Shown here piece by piece: positions 63,088 to 64,000 of a stretch of 64,000 bases of DNA. The DNA is from a virus: the IMG/VR virus record IMGVR_UViG_3300047160_002226, positions 32,001-96,000 of that record. One strand, given 5' to 3'. Under the pieces are notes generated by a model that was not told where the DNA came from, searched no databases, and worked only from the letters and a program-made list of their open reading frames with translations. The stretch's first letter is position 1; each line of letters opens with the position of its first letter. Both the position numbers and the translations under genes were made by a program.

Positions 63088-64000
63088 AGCTCAGGTCAGC
63101 GTCTATCAGCAATTTCCTCGCAATCGGTAACGCTGCGTTCAAGCTCTCCGATCAAGGACTCATCCTTGTTCTAGGAGACAATCAAGACATCGATGCCGCT
63201 GACAGCAATGGAGCTGGGAAGTCATCGCTTTTTGAAGCGATATGCTGGGCGCTGTACGGCGTAACGTACCAGGGCCTTTCCCACGACGATGTTGTCAACA
63301 ATCGCATCGGCAAAGACACAGCCGTTACCGTTGAACTAGAGGCCAAGGGACATCATCTCTCCATTACGCGCTATCGTAAGCACACGACAATGGGAAACAA
63401 GATCAAGATCGTCGTGGATGGCAAGGACCAGACCCCATTCAACGCTCCAGACCAAGAGAAGATGCTTGTAGGTCTTCTCCCGCTCTCAGTCGGAGCCTTC
63501 AAGCACGTGGCTTACTTCGGCCAGGGCCTTGGTGCCCGCTTCTCTGCACTCAACGATGTTGGGCGCAAGGAGCTGCTAGAGGAGCTGCTTGGCCTTGAGA
63601 TCTACGCCAAAGCTCACGAGGATGCCAAGGCCAAGGTCTCTGGCGTTGATCGTCAGCTTGCTACGCTCCAAGGTGAGAAGAGCCAGGCAGAACACCAGAT
63701 CACCGTCGAAGAGGAAGAGTGCAAACGTATCGAGGAAGCTGAGGCCACAGCGAAGGCCAGGATCGTGCTCCAGCAGAAGACCCTTTACGGGGCGCGCGAC
63801 GACGTGAAGAAGAAGCTGGAGAACGCAAAGGAGCGCCTTGCTACCCTCGAAGAGATCCACACCAGGGCCAAGGACAATGCCTCAACGCAGCTCAAGCATG
63901 TCCAGGGGCTCCAACAGCTTGAACGAGACAAGGACCGCGACGTATCGGCACTCCAAGGCGAGCTACGTCGTGCTGAGAAGGAGAAGAAGGAGATCTCCTC
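63084..64000 (+). CDS. sbcC: recombination ATPase SbcC/Rad50 (gp46-like), truncated by the window end
   Basis: Not in the ORF track. GTG 63084 after AAGGAGG: MKLRSASISNFLAIG...GLILVLGDN...SNGAGKSSLFEAICWALYG, FGQG, then coiled coil. Confidence 0.93.
   Translation, partial: MKLRSASISNFLAIGNAAFKLSDQGLILVLGDNQDIDAADSNGAGKSSLFEAICWALYGVTYQGLSHDDVVNNRIGKDTAVTVELEAKGHHLSITRYRKHTTMGNKIKIVVDGKDQTPFNAPDQEKMLVGLLPLSVGAFKHVAYFGQGLGARFSALNDVGRKELLEELLGLEIYAKAHEDAKAKVSGVDRQLATLQGEKSQAEHQITVEEEECKRIEEAEATAKARIVLQQKTLYGARDDVKKKLENAKERLATLEEIHTRAKDNASTQLKHVQGLQQLERDKDRDVSALQGELRRAEKEKKEIS

Noticed and set aside
1-64000. Stop-codon reassignment, introns or inteins
   Set aside because: Conserved genes are full length under code 11, all three stop codons end genes at operon junctions, and the polymerase, helicase and RecA motifs are uninterrupted.

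Overview
The window is a 64 kb, almost entirely plus-strand, densely packed segment of a large lytic myovirus genome (roughly mid-50s % GC by eye). Left to right: (i) head-associated and probably capsid-packaged proteins, including a stand-alone WYL domain and an intact response-regulator receiver domain; (ii) about 7.5 kb of beta-rich virion appendage genes; (iii) a T4 gp21-like prohead protease fused to a scaffold, then a gp23-like major capsid protein; (iv) neck, sheath, tube, tail chaperone, tape measure, baseplate and fibre genes; (v) a replication/recombination operon with SF2 helicase, DnaB-like helicase, primase, UDG-fused family A polymerase, DNA methyltransferase, UvsY-like protein, SSB, RecA, 5'-3' exonuclease and SbcD/SbcC. 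No tRNA, rRNA, CRISPR array, integrase, terminase or portal is visible. Top leads: (1) six GTAC sites in a 60-bp intergenic stretch, while the phage encodes a methyltransferase closely resembling the GTAC-specific M.MjaV, suggesting a methylation-gated cis element; (2) a gap-free 22-aa motif shared by five unrelated head-region proteins, a candidate capsid-loading tag; (3) a +1/-2 frameshift joining the tail chaperone ORFs; (4) a bistable intergenic RNA structure; (5) apparent absence of CCGG. All calls come from reading motifs by eye; no database search was run.
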